A DNA stretch of 62,878 nt, counting the filler, from Octopus bimaculoides (lineage: Eukaryota), in NCBI RefSeq assembly GCF_001194135.2. It is 3 parts of 3 records of this genome, joined end to end, with 100 filler letters (N's around TTAATTAATTAA, not from the genome) between each part and the next. Parts side by side here need not be neighbours in the genome. Positions count along the whole stretch, not along the records: positions 1 to 29,884 come from NC_069004.1; positions 29,985 to 51,273 come from NC_068995.1; 1 more part is not named here. One strand, 5' to 3'. This document shows positions 26,071 through 38,330 of the stretch, in pieces. The notes below the pieces were generated by a model that did no database searches, was not told the origin of the DNA, and was given only the letters and a program-made list of their open reading frames with translations. Position numbers and translations under genes: made by a program. Within the stretch, counting starts at the first letter, position 1; each line of letters starts with the position of its first letter.

Positions 26071-26279
26071 AATGAAAGTAGTCCAACAGATAGTTTGGAC
26101 ATACCATTCATTTCACCATAAAGCCCCTACAATTAAAAACATTGCAAGAGCCTTATGGTGACAATGACCAGGTACCCCATATCTAAGGAGCGAACTTGGT
26201 TAACTTATTTTCATCAGCTGCAGCATCTAGGACTTGGTAAAAAACAAACAAACAAAAACTAGAGTAGCCAGCCTCACAC

Positions 26280-27420
26280 AGTAATAGGTTGTAAGGAAAC
26301 TATCTTTGAAATTTCGAGCAGCGGCGGACAATGCCTTCAACGTGCCTGTAAAACTTACACCTGACCATTGTCTTGCACCAGTCCACATTTGACCGGATTG
26401 GCCTGTCTACTTTCAGATTTCTGTGGAAAGGACGCATTTCACGGGTCAGGCAGTCTATCTGTTGCCAGCATCATCTGGAAGGTAAGTTTGGCATGTCATG
26501 GCTATTGATGCACAGACACGCACTGAGGCTACGCTCTGACAGACTTTCTTGGAAGGTGAGCCAGTGCAGTCTCCGTTTGTAAGACATACCTTTCTACGGC
26601 TCATCTCTTTGATGGAGCTGCATACTTCGGTCAAGAAAAGACTCAAGAAAAGCCTAGCAGGTGGAATGTCGTTAGGCGCTCATCGCCCTCTTCCAAACAG
26701 GCAATACAGTCGATGGAAGTAGTACAATACATAGCAATATACAGAGAGATCTAATAGTGGGTAAGAGCGATAAAGTTCTTGAGGAAACTGGGCGTCAACG
26801 TGGGCAAACTAGCTGGTCTGTTTTGGAGGACTTTTGGTCTGGGAACTACCATGGATAACTTCCATAATTCTATGGCTTGGCAGTGTAACCGAGGAACAAT
26901 GCCCGTTCGAAATAAACCATATAGGTCCGAGATGCAGACAGAACGGCAAAACCGTAGTGTGCGAGCATTGCTGACTTGTGGAGTTATGCCGAACAGCTGT
27001 TGTCATGTGTGGGACGAATCCGACTATTGGCCGAGTTCATCGGGAAATCGCCTACCACCCAACTTTAACAAAGCACAGTTGACGGTTTTCCTTTGGTAGA
27101 CAAGACTGAAATAATTGAGAAAAGACACGCTCCTCTTTGTTCAAGCCGTCATCGACTTTTTAAAGTTCCAGTTGAAAAGGAAAATGAAAGTTGAGAGGGA
27201 AATGCATTCTCTCAGTGAATTTGCTAAAAGCTGGATGACCGTGGTAAAAATATTTAGGGTTAGTGAATCTACTCTAAACATGCGCCCGCAGATCGGTAAA
27301 CAATAGTTGGGCGAGGGTTCGTGCCTTTGGAGGTCAGGGATCTGTAGGATTCCTTGATTGGCCCTTATTGAAGGGTCTCCTTTATCATCATTCCTGTGTT
27401 CACATGCTCTGTACACTAAG
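26280..27420. mobile_element. Very degraded RTE-like C-terminal fragments, apparently two pieces in opposite orientation
   Basis: Plus strand: LKFRAA..ACKTYT (cf. VYRAxV..ACETWT), FLWKGRIS, DGAAYF. Minus strand: LVYRAC, IMEVIHGS..SPPKQ. Weak, frameshifted similarity only. Confidence 0.35.
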
Positions 27421-27714
27421 TATTCCTTTTTTTTTTAATCTCATTTCACTCTTTTTCTTTTTCCCCCCGCATCTCTTATGTCTTTTATGTAAACTGTCCT
27501 TGTAGTGTTCCCTTCAATTCATGCCTCTATGGCAAATAAATCATCATCATCGTCGTCGTCGTCATCATCATCATTATTTCCATTTCACTTCTCTGAGTTT
27601 TTGATTTCACTTGCTCCAGCTAATTCTGTAAGAGCAGACAACAACCCACGGCCAAGGATTCCACAGGGTTTCGTTCTACGATACTTAACATCCAAGTACC
27701 AAACTCTGTTATCA

Positions 27715-27834
27715 AGCGGCGAGCTGGCAGAATCGTTAGCTTGCCGATATGCTTAACGGTATATCGTCTGTCACTACGTTCTGAGTTCAAATTCCACCGA
27801 GGTCGACTTTGCCTTTCGGAATCGATAAATTAAG
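27715..27834 (+). mobile_element. SINE family A, 5' half (interrupted)
   Basis: GCGGCGAGCTGGCAGAATCGTTAGC (box A)..GTTCTGAGTTCAAATTCC (box B)..GATAAATTAAG; continues at 28618. Confidence 0.9.
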
Positions 27835-28617
27835 GGATCTTGTTAAATTGATTCACAAAATCAGCACCCTTTAATTTTGCTCAGATTGCTTTCAATTTTA
27901 GTGTATCGATGCAATTCTGAATTTTGATTACGATCGACCAATTACTTTATCTCGTAAATTAAAGAGTCTGATGTTGTTTGGAATTAAAGTTGGGAAATTT
28001 GGGTAATTTTAGCCAATCAACAGATTGCGAGACATTAACAACTTGTTGCAATGACAACCGCACGTTGTGTTGTGTTTCACTTCACCCGCGTCTGTGCCGC
28101 ACGTGTGTGTGCGTGTATGTATGTATGTGTGGGTGTTGTGTGTGAGGAGGTATATGTGCGTGCGTGTGTGTGTGTGCATGCCTGTGTATATGTGTGGGTA
28201 TGTGTGAATGTGCGTATATGTGTGTGTGTGTGCATGTAAGTATGTTGATGTGTGTGTGTGTGTGTGCTTTGTGTGTGGGATCGAGTTAAATCGATTCACA
28301 TGTACATATAAACTTATATTTGAATACATACATCCACATGCACTTATATATTAATGATGTACATGACAAGTATACATAATACTGAAATACGCATAAAGTA
28401 AACACAAAAAACAGGTCATTTCACGGGGTACAACCTTAAAGTTGACACCGCTGTCTCACTATTAGCTAAAAATACACAGTTGTTCCATTTTTGAATTTTT
28501 TTCCCACAAGATCATGGATTCACAGCAATAAGAGTGGAAAACTACATCAATATAACCGATTTTCAGACTTTTTACTTCTTAAAAATGCAGTTTCTGTGAA
28601 TCAGTTTAACTAGATCC
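27835..28617. mobile_element. Non-autonomous TIR element (MITE), Merlin-like, 783 bp, 8-bp TSD AAATTAAG
   Basis: Left GGATCTTGTTAAATTGATTCACAAAA; right (reverse complement) GGATCTAGTTAAACTGATTCACAGAA; AAATTAAG at 27827-27834 and 28618-28625. No ORF. Confidence 0.8.
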
Positions 28618-28702
28618 AAATTAAGTACCAGTTGAACACTGAGGCCGATGTAATCGACTATCCCCCCCTCCTCCAAATTTCAGGCTTTATGCCTATAGTA
28701 GA

Positions 28703-28750
<48 letters not shown>

Positions 28751-28770
28751 CATTATTATTATTATTATCA
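28618..28770 (+). mobile_element. SINE family A, 3' half with (ATT)n tail
   Basis: AAATTAAGTACCAGTTGAACACTGAGG.CGATGTAATCGACT..TGCCTATAGTAGAAAG(TAT)n. Confidence 0.88.
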
Positions 28771-29207
28771 ATAATATTAACACGCCAACTTTTTGTTTTT
28801 GTACGTACCTATCGTGTGTGTCACTCTTACTTCAAAGGAAGAAATAAAAAGGTTCGAGTGGCAAAGTGGGAGAGAGAGAAGGGATAAAAGCAGAGGAAGT
28901 AAGAGGGAGTGAGAAAGAGAGAGAGAGAGAGAAAGAGATTGCTAGCGCTGAGAGGTAAGAGAAATATAACGCGTTAATCGCGTTAGAGGAAGACAGTTAT
29001 AGGCAAGGAGATATAGAGGAGGGAGAGGGGAGAGAGGGGGGGAGTGAAAGATTTAGAGAGATAGATTGAATGAAGGAAGGAAGTGGATAGAGAATAATAA
29101 TGAAAGAGAATGGAACTATTCTCATACAGAAAATGCTGGAAAACTTTTCGTTTTCGACGATATGATAAAGCCGTTGAAAATATGAAAATTGCAAAAAGAA
29201 ATGTTGC

Positions 29208-29265
<58 letters not shown>

Positions 29266-29299
29266 GTTTGTTTGTTTGTCTGTCTGTCTAACACACTCT

Positions 29300-29699
29300 C
29301 TCTCCTTAAGGCTCATCAAGAACCACCTCAGGTCAACAAAAAGTCAAACAAGGTTGATTGATTTGGCAATACTATCCATACAGCGTGACCTTGCGGATAA
29401 AATTAATTTTGATGAAGTCATTCAAGATTTCACGAAGAGGGAGGCACGTAAAATCAATTTGTAAATTGTTTATTTTTGTAATTCACTCATTTTCTGTTCT
29501 TTAGCACTATTATTTTTTGTGTATAAACATAATAAAAGTAAATTTGAGGGAAATAAATGGTTGCTACAGTTTGTCTTATTTTGCATACATGAATACCTGT
29601 ATTAATCCGCTTCTGGCGTTTTGAAATGTTATTAGAATTTTTAAAGGGCGGACAAATAAACATCCGTCCCGGGCGTCACTTGTGCTAGGTACGCCACTG
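29300..29699 (+). mobile_element. hAT transposon 3' remnant (dimerisation domain plus right end)
   Basis: LRLIKNHLRSTKSQTRLIDLAILSIQRDLADKINFDEVIQDFTKREARKINL*; terminus ..CTAGGTACGCCACTG (reverse complement CAGTGGCGTA). Confidence 0.85.
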
Positions 29700-29708
29700 C
29701 ATACATAT

Positions 29709-29884
29709 AGGAGCAGGAGTAGCTGTGTGGTAAGTAGCTTGCTTACTAACCCCATGGTTCCGAGTTCAGTCCCACTGCGTGGCACCTTGGGCAAGTGTCT
29801 TCTACTATAGCCGCGGGCCGACCAAAGCCTTGTGAGTGGATTTGGTAAACGGAAACTGAAAGAAGCGCGTCGTATATATGTATA
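29709..29884 (+). mobile_element. SINE family B, 5' half
   Basis: GGAGTAGCTGTGTGGTAAG (box A)..GAGTTCAGTCCC (box B)..GCACCTTGGGCAAGTGTCTT; runs into a gap. Confidence 0.9.
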
Positions 29885-29984
29885 NNNNNNNNNNNNNNNN
29901 NNNNNNNNNNNNNNNNNNNNNNNNNNNNTTAATTAATTAANNNNNNNNNNNNNNNNNNNNNNNNNNNNNNNNNNNNNNNNNNNN
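29885..29984. other. Artificial 100-bp scaffold spacer (44N-TTAATTAATTAA-44N)
   Basis: Six-frame-stop 12-mer at 29929-29940 centred in Ns; identical construct at 51274-51373. Confidence 0.95.
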
Positions 29985-30473
29985 GCCTTCTGCCTAAATT
30001 TGAACCCATTATTGCATTATCTCTAGCCTTCTGCCTAAATTTGAACCCATTATTGCATTATCTCTAGCCTTCTGCCTAAATTTGAACCCATTATTGCATT
30101 ATCTCTAGCCTTGTGCCTAAATTTGAACCCATTATTGCATTATCTCTAGCCTTCTGCTTTATATTTGAACCCATTATTGCATTATCTCTAGCCTTGTGCC
30201 TAAATTTGAACCCATTATTGCATTATCTCTGGCCTTGTGCCTAAATTTGAACCCATTATTGCATTATCTCTAGCCTTGTGCCTAAATTTGAACCCATTAT
30301 TGCATTATCTCTAGCCTTCTGCCTAAATTTGAACCCATTATTGCATTATCTCTCGCCTTGTGCCTAAATTTGAACCCATTATTGCATTATCTCTAGCCTT
30401 CTGCCTAAATTTGAACCCATTATTACATTATCTCTAGCCTTGTGCCTAAATTTGAACCCATTATTGCATTATC
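29985..30473. repeat. 41-bp tandem minisatellite, ~12 copies
   Basis: Unit GCCTT(C/G)TGCCTAAATTTGAACCCATTATTGCATTATCTCTA; unit starts at 29985 and 30026. Confidence 0.97.
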
Positions 30474-30958
30474 GCCAGTCTTGTGCTTTTCTATACCTGC
30501 CTTGCATTAAAAAAAAATTATTTACTCATTCATTATTGACTCCCTATGCAAATGTGTATGTTTGTGCGTTATACAGACATACATACATGCATACATACAA
30601 GCATATATATATAGATATATATATTCCATCAGTACTTCTTTCGTTCTGTCTGTCTGTCTTTCTGTCTCTCTATGTCTCTGATTCCTACTAACCCTCCACG
30701 TCTCTGCATCCCACTCTACAGTCTTTTTACTTCACCGCCATCACTACTACAACCACCACCACTCCGCTAAGATAATTACACCATTCACTCAATAAGATGA
30801 CGTTACTAAGCAACCAAACAATAAACTATCTGACCAGACGACATGTTCTCATCTCTCTTCATTTTCTCCTCAATCTATTCATTAATCTTCTCTCTGCCGG
30901 TCTCTCTGTCTCTCCCTCCTGTCTCTCTATTTTATTCTCCCTCTTCCATTTTCTCACC

Positions 30959-31002
<44 letters not shown>

Positions 31003-31109
31003 AACATTATACAAATTTGGAACACAAAACAATAAACATTTTTAAAAATTTGAACGAAATATTAATTTTCAAATGATATAAAGGTATGTACATCCTAAAG
31101 TATTATTTG

Positions 31110-31900
31110 CTATATTCAATATTTGGTGAGACCGCCCTTGCTTTTAATGACTACATTAAGTCTTCTGGGCATAGAGTCGACTAAATTTCCATATATAACC
31201 GATTAAATCGACCTCCATCCATCTTGAACGGTGTCTCTCAACTGTGTTACATTGCGGGGCTTTTTCTCCACAACCTTCCTTTTCAAAACACCCCACAAAT
31301 GTCCTATTGGGTTTAAATCAGGTGACATGGTAGGCCAAGGTAATACTTTTACTTTTTTATCTGAAAAAAAATTTAGTCATCGTCTTTGAAGTGTGCTTAG
31401 GATCGTTATCATGTTGGAACATGGAATGTCTTCCTAGTTCTTTGATGCTTTTCAACATGGTTTTCTGCAATATGTAACAATAAATCCTTGAATCCATTGT
31501 TCTCTCAATCAATGTGAGTCCTCCAACCCCAGCCGCAGTCATGCATCCTCAAAGCATAACACTTCGGCCACCGCGTTTGACGTTAGGCACGGTGCATTTG
31601 TTGCTATTATCTTCATCTGGTCGTCGCCATACTCGTTCAATACCATCTGACCCAAACAATTTGATTTCAGTCTCGTCAGAAAAAAGAATTTTATTCCAAA
31701 ACTCCTTCCCCTTACTCATATAAGGTTTCGGCAAAAGAAAGACGACTTAATTTATGCCTGGTAGTGAGGAGAGGCTCCCTACGAGGAATGCGTCCATGAA
31801 GACCACACTGGTTCAAACTTCGGACACACTCTTTCCACTAACAGAAGACACTTGAAGCGGTACGACGCCTGTAGTCCATCACGCAACGTTAGATGTGGCG
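31110..31900 (-). mobile_element. Tc1-family (DD34E) transposase remnant
   Basis: FWNKILFSDETEI, VKRGGRSVML, FQHDNDPKHTS, WPTMSPDLNPIGHLW, SMPRRL; stops and frameshifts. Confidence 0.92.
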
Positions 31901-32855
31901 AATATCTCGCACAGTTAAAATAGAAGGGCTACCGGGACGATGTTTATTGCTTAGTGCTGTGGTTTGCTGTGGTTTGCTGTGGTGCTCTTATGGTTACTGT
32001 ATTGAAAGTGTTTTGCGTAGTATGTGTGCAGTGCCCAGTAGTGCAATTTTCTGTATGTTATATATATTTGTAAGTCCTGGTGTTTTTGTTATGTANNNNN
32101 NNNNNNNNNNNNNNNNNNNNNNNNNNNNNNNNNNNNNNNNNNNNNNNNNNNNNNNNNNNNNNNNNNNNNNNNNNNNNNNNNNNNNNNNNNNNNNNNNNNN
32201 NNNNNNNNNNNNNNNNNNNNNNNNNNNNNNNNNNNNNNNNNNNNNNNNNNNNNNNNNNNNNNNNNNNNNNNNNNNNNNNNNNNNNNNNNNNNNNNNNNNN
32301 NNNNNNNNNNNNNNNNNNNNNNNNNNNNNNNNNNNNNNNNNNNNNNNNNNNNNNNNNNNNNNNNNNNNNNNNNNNNNNNNNNNNNNNNNNNNNNNNNNNN
32401 NNNNNNNNNNNNNNNNNNNNNNNNNNNNNNNNNNNNNNNNNNNNNNNNNNNNNNNNNNNNNNNNNNNNNNNNNNNNNNNNNNNNNNNNNNNNNNNNNNNN
32501 NNNNNNNNNNNNNNNNNNNNNNNNNNNNNNNNNNNNNNNNNNNNNNNNNNNNNNNNNNNNNNNNNNNNNNNNNNNNNNNNNNNNNNNNNNNNNNNNNNNN
32601 NNNNNNNNNNNNNNNNNNNNNNNNNNNNNNNNNNNNNNNNNNNNNNNNNNNNNNNNNNNNNNNNNNNNNNNNNNNNNNNNNNNNNNTATTATTATTATTA
32701 ATGTGTATATATATGTGTATGTATATACATGCTTATATGTATATTACATATAATTGTATATTTGTTAGTTTGTCAGTCTATCTAGTTAGATAGCTGTTTA
32801 TGTATGTATGTATGCATGTATGTATGTATGTATGTATGTATGCATGCATGCATGA

Positions 32856-32888
<33 letters not shown>

Positions 32889-33389
32889 TGTATCTATCTA
32901 TCTATCTATCTGTCTGTCTTTCTATCTATCTCTCTCTCTAAATTATCTAACTCATCAGATGTCGTCTGCTTAGGGACATGCCAGCTATTCTCTAGCTTAT
33001 AATCCGCAATCTGGATGAATAATTGACTGGCAGAACAAAAAGAAGCCTGTGAACTGGATATTCCGAACGAAAAATTAATCTTAAATCCGATTTTAGAAAC
33101 GCGTTACAGATATTCAGTTCAGCAAACTATCCTTCACTGTCGTTAAACAATGCCTTCGAATGTCAAGATATAAATAAATTGAATCAAAATATATCAATGA
33201 TATATAAATGAATAAATAAATAATCTATTGGACGAAATTTTGTTAATTAATTTCTGATATGTTATTGTGCTCTTTGATCTTTCTCAGTGCCGCCGCTACA
33301 ATGGCTTGCAAACAACTGATCGTTCATATCCCATCCTCAACGATCTTTTGTTATAGTGTATGAAATTAAAGATCAATAGCACCACCGCT

Positions 33390-33545
33390 TAACAACCGGT
33401 GTTATTTTATTTACGTTGCTATAACTAGCGGCATGGTAAAACCGTTAGAATATTAAAAGAAATCAAAAATAAATACTGGGGTCGATTTGTTCGACTAAGT
33501 CCTTCAAGGCATTGCCCCAGCATGACCGCAGTCAAGAAAAAGGTA
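33390..33545 (+). mobile_element. SINE family B, 3' part
   Basis: CTGGGGTCGATTTGTTCGACTAA..CCCCAGCATGACCGCAGTC. Confidence 0.7.
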
Positions 33546-34132
33546 AAAGGTATGCATTCATAAATAATTATTATATGGCGGGGGCGGAGAGAAATATATT
33601 ATGTTGTCACCCGTCTTAGACTCTACCGTCGTGTAAGGGACTGTAATAAAAACAGAGAGAGGGGGACAGGAAGAGAGAGAGGGAGAGANNNNNNNNNNNN
33701 NNNNNNNNNNNNNNNNNNNNNNNNNNNNNNNNNNNNNNNNNNNNNNNNNNNNNNNNNNNNNNNNNNNNNNNNNNNNNNNNNNNNNNNNNNNNNNNNNNNN
33801 NNNNNNNNNNNNNNNNNNNNNNNNNNNNNNNNNNNNNNNNNNNNNNNNNNNNNNNNNNNNNNNNNNNNNNNNNNNNNNNNNNNNNNNNNNNNNNNNNNNN
33901 NNNNNNNNNNNNNNNNNNNNNNNNNNNNNNNNNNNNNNNNNNNNNNNNNNNNNNNNNNNNNNNNNNNNNNNNNNNNNNNNNNNNNNNNNNNNNNNNNNNN
34001 NNNNNNNNNNNNNNNNNNNNNNATTGCAAAGAATCCAAACTAGATCGAAAACATCTATAATATTTGATTACGTTTTCAATGTCGGAAATCTTATCGTACA
34101 TACATACATACATACACACATACATACATACA

Positions 34133-34328
34133 CACGAGGGGTGCTGAAAAGTTCCTGGTCTCGGGTAAAAGAAAATAAAGGAGGATTTTTTTCAACATAT
34201 TCCTCTCTCAGCTTCACACACTTATTGCAGCGGTCCTTTAGTTTTTCTAAGCACTGTAAAAGAATTCGGAAGGTTGGGCCTGCAACCCGGCCTTTTGCGA
34301 TACCCTTAAAGCCAGGAACTTTTCAGCA
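34133..34328. mobile_element. mariner-derived MITE (~200 bp)
   Basis: Inverted termini GTGCTGAAAAGTTCCTGG / CCAGGAACTTTTCAGCA; right TIR clipped by (TG)n. Confidence 0.75.
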
Positions 34329-34439
34329 TGTGAGTGTGTTTGTGTGTGGGGGGGGAGTGCTAGAACACGTATCAATCTTGCATTTAATCTTCTTTGATGT
34401 AGTTTCCTTCAGAAGCCACACACTTTATCCAGCATCGTT

Positions 34440-34560
34440 TCCATTGAGGAAAATATTGTTCCTCTTCTTGGTTTACATAAACGACATCACAAATCTCATT
34501 AAAGACATTAGAAATTTCTGCAGAAGATAACAAAAAGTTATCTAGATCTACAGGCAATGA
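34440..34560 (+). mobile_element. Short CR1/L2-type RT fragment
   Basis: LFLFLVYINDITNLIKDIRNF resembles PLLFLVYINDL..FADD. Confidence 0.45.
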
Positions 34561-35964
34561 TTCAATGGACAAACAAATTAACTAAAATCCCACTCGTACA
34601 CTAAACTGCACGACACAACTACACACTAATACAGTACACTACAGTACTGCAGCCAACACAATAATATATTCCCACACACTTCACTAAACAACTACAATAT
34701 ACAAATATTGCGATACATTAAACTAAAATGTACTAAACAAGACGCGTTGATATTCACAAGATGACGTCATTACAGATTGCAGACGAGAATAAAATGGTGA
34801 AGATTTTAAAGTAAATACGTAGAGCAATGAATGAATGTGGGGAAAGAATGCAAGAGAGAAAGTAAAACAAAGGAAGAGATAGAGATATAGAGAGAAAGAA
34901 AAGGACAAAGTGAGCTGAAGGAGAAAAAAAAGAAAAAAATTAAGAAAGGAAGAAGAGAAGACAACGCCAATAAAGAAGAAAAAAAAAACAGAAAGAAAAA
35001 TTGGTTACGAAAGAAAATAATAGAAACACCAAAGGAAAAAAGAAGTAGTGAGGGTTTTTTCTTTTTTCTTTTTAGCAAAAAAAAAAGAGATTAAGAAAGG
35101 AAGATTGAAGGAAAGAGGAGGAGAGAAAGGAAGAGGGTCAGTGAAGAAGGCAATCTTTCGGATTAGAATCAGGAATTATTATAACCGTTAATATATTAAC
35201 CCATTTTTTACATGCAGCTTCAGTGCTGATACCAATAACCCAGTGTGTATAAGCGTGTATAAGTGTGTGTATAAGCGTGTATAAGTGTGTGTATAAGCGT
35301 GTATAAGTGTGTGTAAATGTGTGTATGAGTATTATACATGGTACAGTAGTAACTGCTGGTAGGGACAGCGTATTTCGTTATGCAACCTAATATACTATCA
35401 AGTATATTAAAAGCTTATAAGTCAATACTGTGTCCTACCTATGTTAGCAGTGCGATTCAATCATTCTTGAAGTCATCTCTACAGATTTTCCAAAGTAATT
35501 AGAACCAGTACTGAAAGTTACGACGTTTCGTGTACGAATACGTCTTTGTAAACAATGCGATCGAAGATAGATGATCTGTAGGGGTAACTTTAGAAAGTAA
35601 ACAAGGGGTGAAGTATTACTCCATAATGTGTATTGTACCACTGTGTATCAATGCATGGTGGGCAGTGTAGAAGTGTATTATAGTCATCAGTGTATTTATG
35701 CGTGTTAGTCTATAGCCTGTAGTGTATTATGTTGCCGTATGCGCAGTGTATGATGTACAGTGTAATGTGTGTGTATATATATATATATATAAGGAGTAGT
35801 GTGTAAGTGTATAATCACGATATCGACTAGACTATAGGATGTTGTTATACATCGCTGGTCACAATACACTTTGGATTGATTAAGCTTTCGAATGATGCTA
35901 TCCTGCTGGGTAGGCGAGCAAGACAACATTCTTCCTGATCGGAAAGCTATTCCGACACAGTGTT

Positions 35965-36040
35965 GCCGATTACAGCCGAGTGGACTGGAGCAACGTGAAA
36001 TGGTGAAATGAAGTGTTCTGCTCAAGAACACAATGCGCCG
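35965..36040 (-). mobile_element. SINE family C fragment
   Basis: AGCCGAGTGGACTGGAGCAACGTGAAAT..CTCAAGAACACAA is the reverse complement of the CORE-like region at 49288-49340. Confidence 0.7.
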
Positions 36041-36835
36041 TTCTGTCTCAATATCGTGTGTGAAACAAATAATCTTTTACAGTGCGACTTTTTTTTTTGT
36101 GGTGCTGTATATATACGTATATATATANNNNNNNNNNNNNNNNNNNNNNNNNNNNNNNNNNNNNNNNNNNNNNNNNNNNNNNNNNNNNNNNNNNNNNNNN
36201 NNNNNNNNNNNNNNNNNNNNNNNNNNNNNNNNNNNNNNNNNNNNNNNNNNNNNNNNNNNNNNNNNNNNNNNNNNNNNNNNNNNNNNNNNNNNNNNNNNNN
36301 NNNNNNNNNNNNNNNNNNNNNNNNNNNNNNNNNNNNNNNNNNNNNNNNNNNNNNNNNNNNNNNNNNNNNNNNNNNNNNNNNNNNNNNNNNNNNNNNNNNN
36401 NNNNNNNNNNNNNNNNNNNNNNNNNNNNNNNNNNNNNNNNNNNNNNNNNNNNNNNNNNNNNNNNNNNNNNNNNNNNNNNNNNNNNNNNNNNNNNNNNNNN
36501 NNNNNNNNNNNNNNNNNNNNNNNNNNNNNNNNNNNNNNNNNNNNNNNNNNNNNNNNNNNNNNNNNNNNNNNNNNNNNNNNNNNNNNNNTATACTCATTTA
36601 TTGTGCTCTTAATTATTAATTTTTCTATATGTGATAGTGGATTTTCATCGATGAGTTCTTGAAACTTGGTTCTTTTCCCTAAAACTATATATTTATATAT
36701 ATATTATAATCTATAAAGCTCAATTTAATTTTAATTTTTTATAAATTGATTTTAATTGAGTTTTTACCTGTAATTTTGAATTTTGTCCCAAATATTATTA
36801 TATATATATATACACATATATATATACATGCAAAC

Positions 36836-36867
<32 letters not shown>

Positions 36868-36994
36868 GCCCAATTTTCACCAGTCACATGATCTTGACGA
36901 CTTGTCTGTGACAATCTACGTCGCAACCAGCTACAAAAGGAATGAGATCTTGCCTTTCTTAAGCTAAGACAAAGACAGACTCTCTGGTGCCATC

Positions 36995-37172
36995 TTCTAC
37001 TTGTTTTAGTCATCAGACAGCGGCCATGCTGGGGCAGCGCCTTCAAGAATTTTAGTCGAACAAATTGATCCCAGTAACTTATTCTTTTTAAATTTGGCAC
37101 TTTATTCCATCGGTCTGTCACTTACCGAACCGCTAAGTAACGGGGACGTAAACACACCGACACTGGTTGTCA
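36995..37172 (-). mobile_element. SINE family B, 3' part
   Basis: GCGGCCATGCTGGGGCA..TAGTCGAACAAATTGATCCCAG..CCGAACCGCTAAGTAACGGGGACGTAAACAC. Confidence 0.85.
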
Positions 37173-37657
37173 ACTGCAGAAAACTTGCTTTTCAGCGATG
37201 TAGTAAGATTAAATTTGATACATACATGGCTATTTCCATTTAATACCGCTTCTATTGCATATAACGGATGAAAATATGTATGTATGTATGAATATATGTA
37301 TGTATGTATGTATGTATGTATCTATGTATGCATGTGTGTGTGTGTGTTTACATGAGGCGAACATATTAATTACAAGAAGGCACTTTTGTTAGAATCGCCC
37401 TTAATCACCCTTTGTTGTTATCAAAGTTAATTGAACAAATAAGGTTTAATAAAGTCCGACTTTCATTCACTATCAAATCAATCATATAAATCTTTAATCT
37501 TTATAATTTCATATTACTTTTTTTTTTCTTTACTATTCTTTAAATATAAGCCTTTCCATATTAGCTGCCATTTATAACTTTTGCCCATCGAATTAAACTA
37601 AATGTTTTCATGTGTTCTTATAAATAGAATTTTTCTATTCTTTTACTGCAATTTAAA

Positions 37658-37868
37658 GCAGCGAGCTGGCAGAATCGTTAGCACACCGGGTAAAACGTTT
37701 AACGGCATTTCGTCTGTCTTTCCGTTTTAAGTTCAAATTCCACCGAAGTCGACTTTGCCTTTCATCCTGTCGGAGTCGATAGAATAAGTACCAGTTGAAC
37801 ACTGAGGTTGATGTAATCGACTTATCCTCTTTTCCAAAATTGTAGGCCTTGTGCTAAAATTTGAAATC
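37658..37868 (+). mobile_element. SINE family A
   Basis: GCGAGCTGGCAGAATCGTTAGC..AGTTCAAATTCC..GGCCTTGTGCTAAAATTTGAAA. Confidence 0.9.
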
Positions 37869-38330
37869 ATGGCAGAATTAACAGTCAAGACTATTTAAGC
37901 ATTTTATCTGATCAAATTCATCCTACAGTTGCGGAACTGTTTCCGGAGGGAAATGCAATTTTTCAGTATGATAATGCACCAATTCACACAGCTAAAATTG
38001 TTACTGAATGGCACGAGGAACATTCTAGTGAAGTTGAACATCTTATCTAGCCACCACAGTCCCCAGATCTCAATATTATTGAACATCTATGGTGCATTTT
38101 AGAAAAAACAAGTAAGGAGTTGATATCCTCCACCATCATCACTACGAGAACTGGAGACTGTTTTAGCTGAAGAATGGACAAATATTCCTTTGGAAACAAT
38201 TCAAACTTTGTACGAGTCCATACCTCGTAGAATTCAAGCTGTAATTACTGCCAAAGGCGGTCCTATCCTATATTAAAATAAACTTGTTTGAAATTTTAAA
38301 GTGTTTCCATTATTTTGTCCAACCTCTGTA
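37868..38330 (+). mobile_element. Tc1-family transposon 3' half with right terminus
   Basis: HGRINSQDYLSILSDQIHP..FQYDNAPIHTA..PPQSPDLNIIEHLW..SIPRRIQAVITAKGG; ends ..TTTTGTCCAACCTCTG|TA. Confidence 0.92.

Noticed and set aside
26280-27100. Possible Gypsy integrase zinc finger and RNase H on the minus strand (HVEGIVRRCSKFQ)
   Set aside because: The opposite strand gives several ordered RTE C-terminal motifs; no LTRs, PBS or GPF/YxDD motifs were found.
29985-30473. CRISPR-like appearance of the 41-bp, 26-bp (41534) and 32-bp (56561) arrays
   Set aside because: Units are directly adjacent with no unique spacers, there are no cas genes, and the context is eukaryotic.
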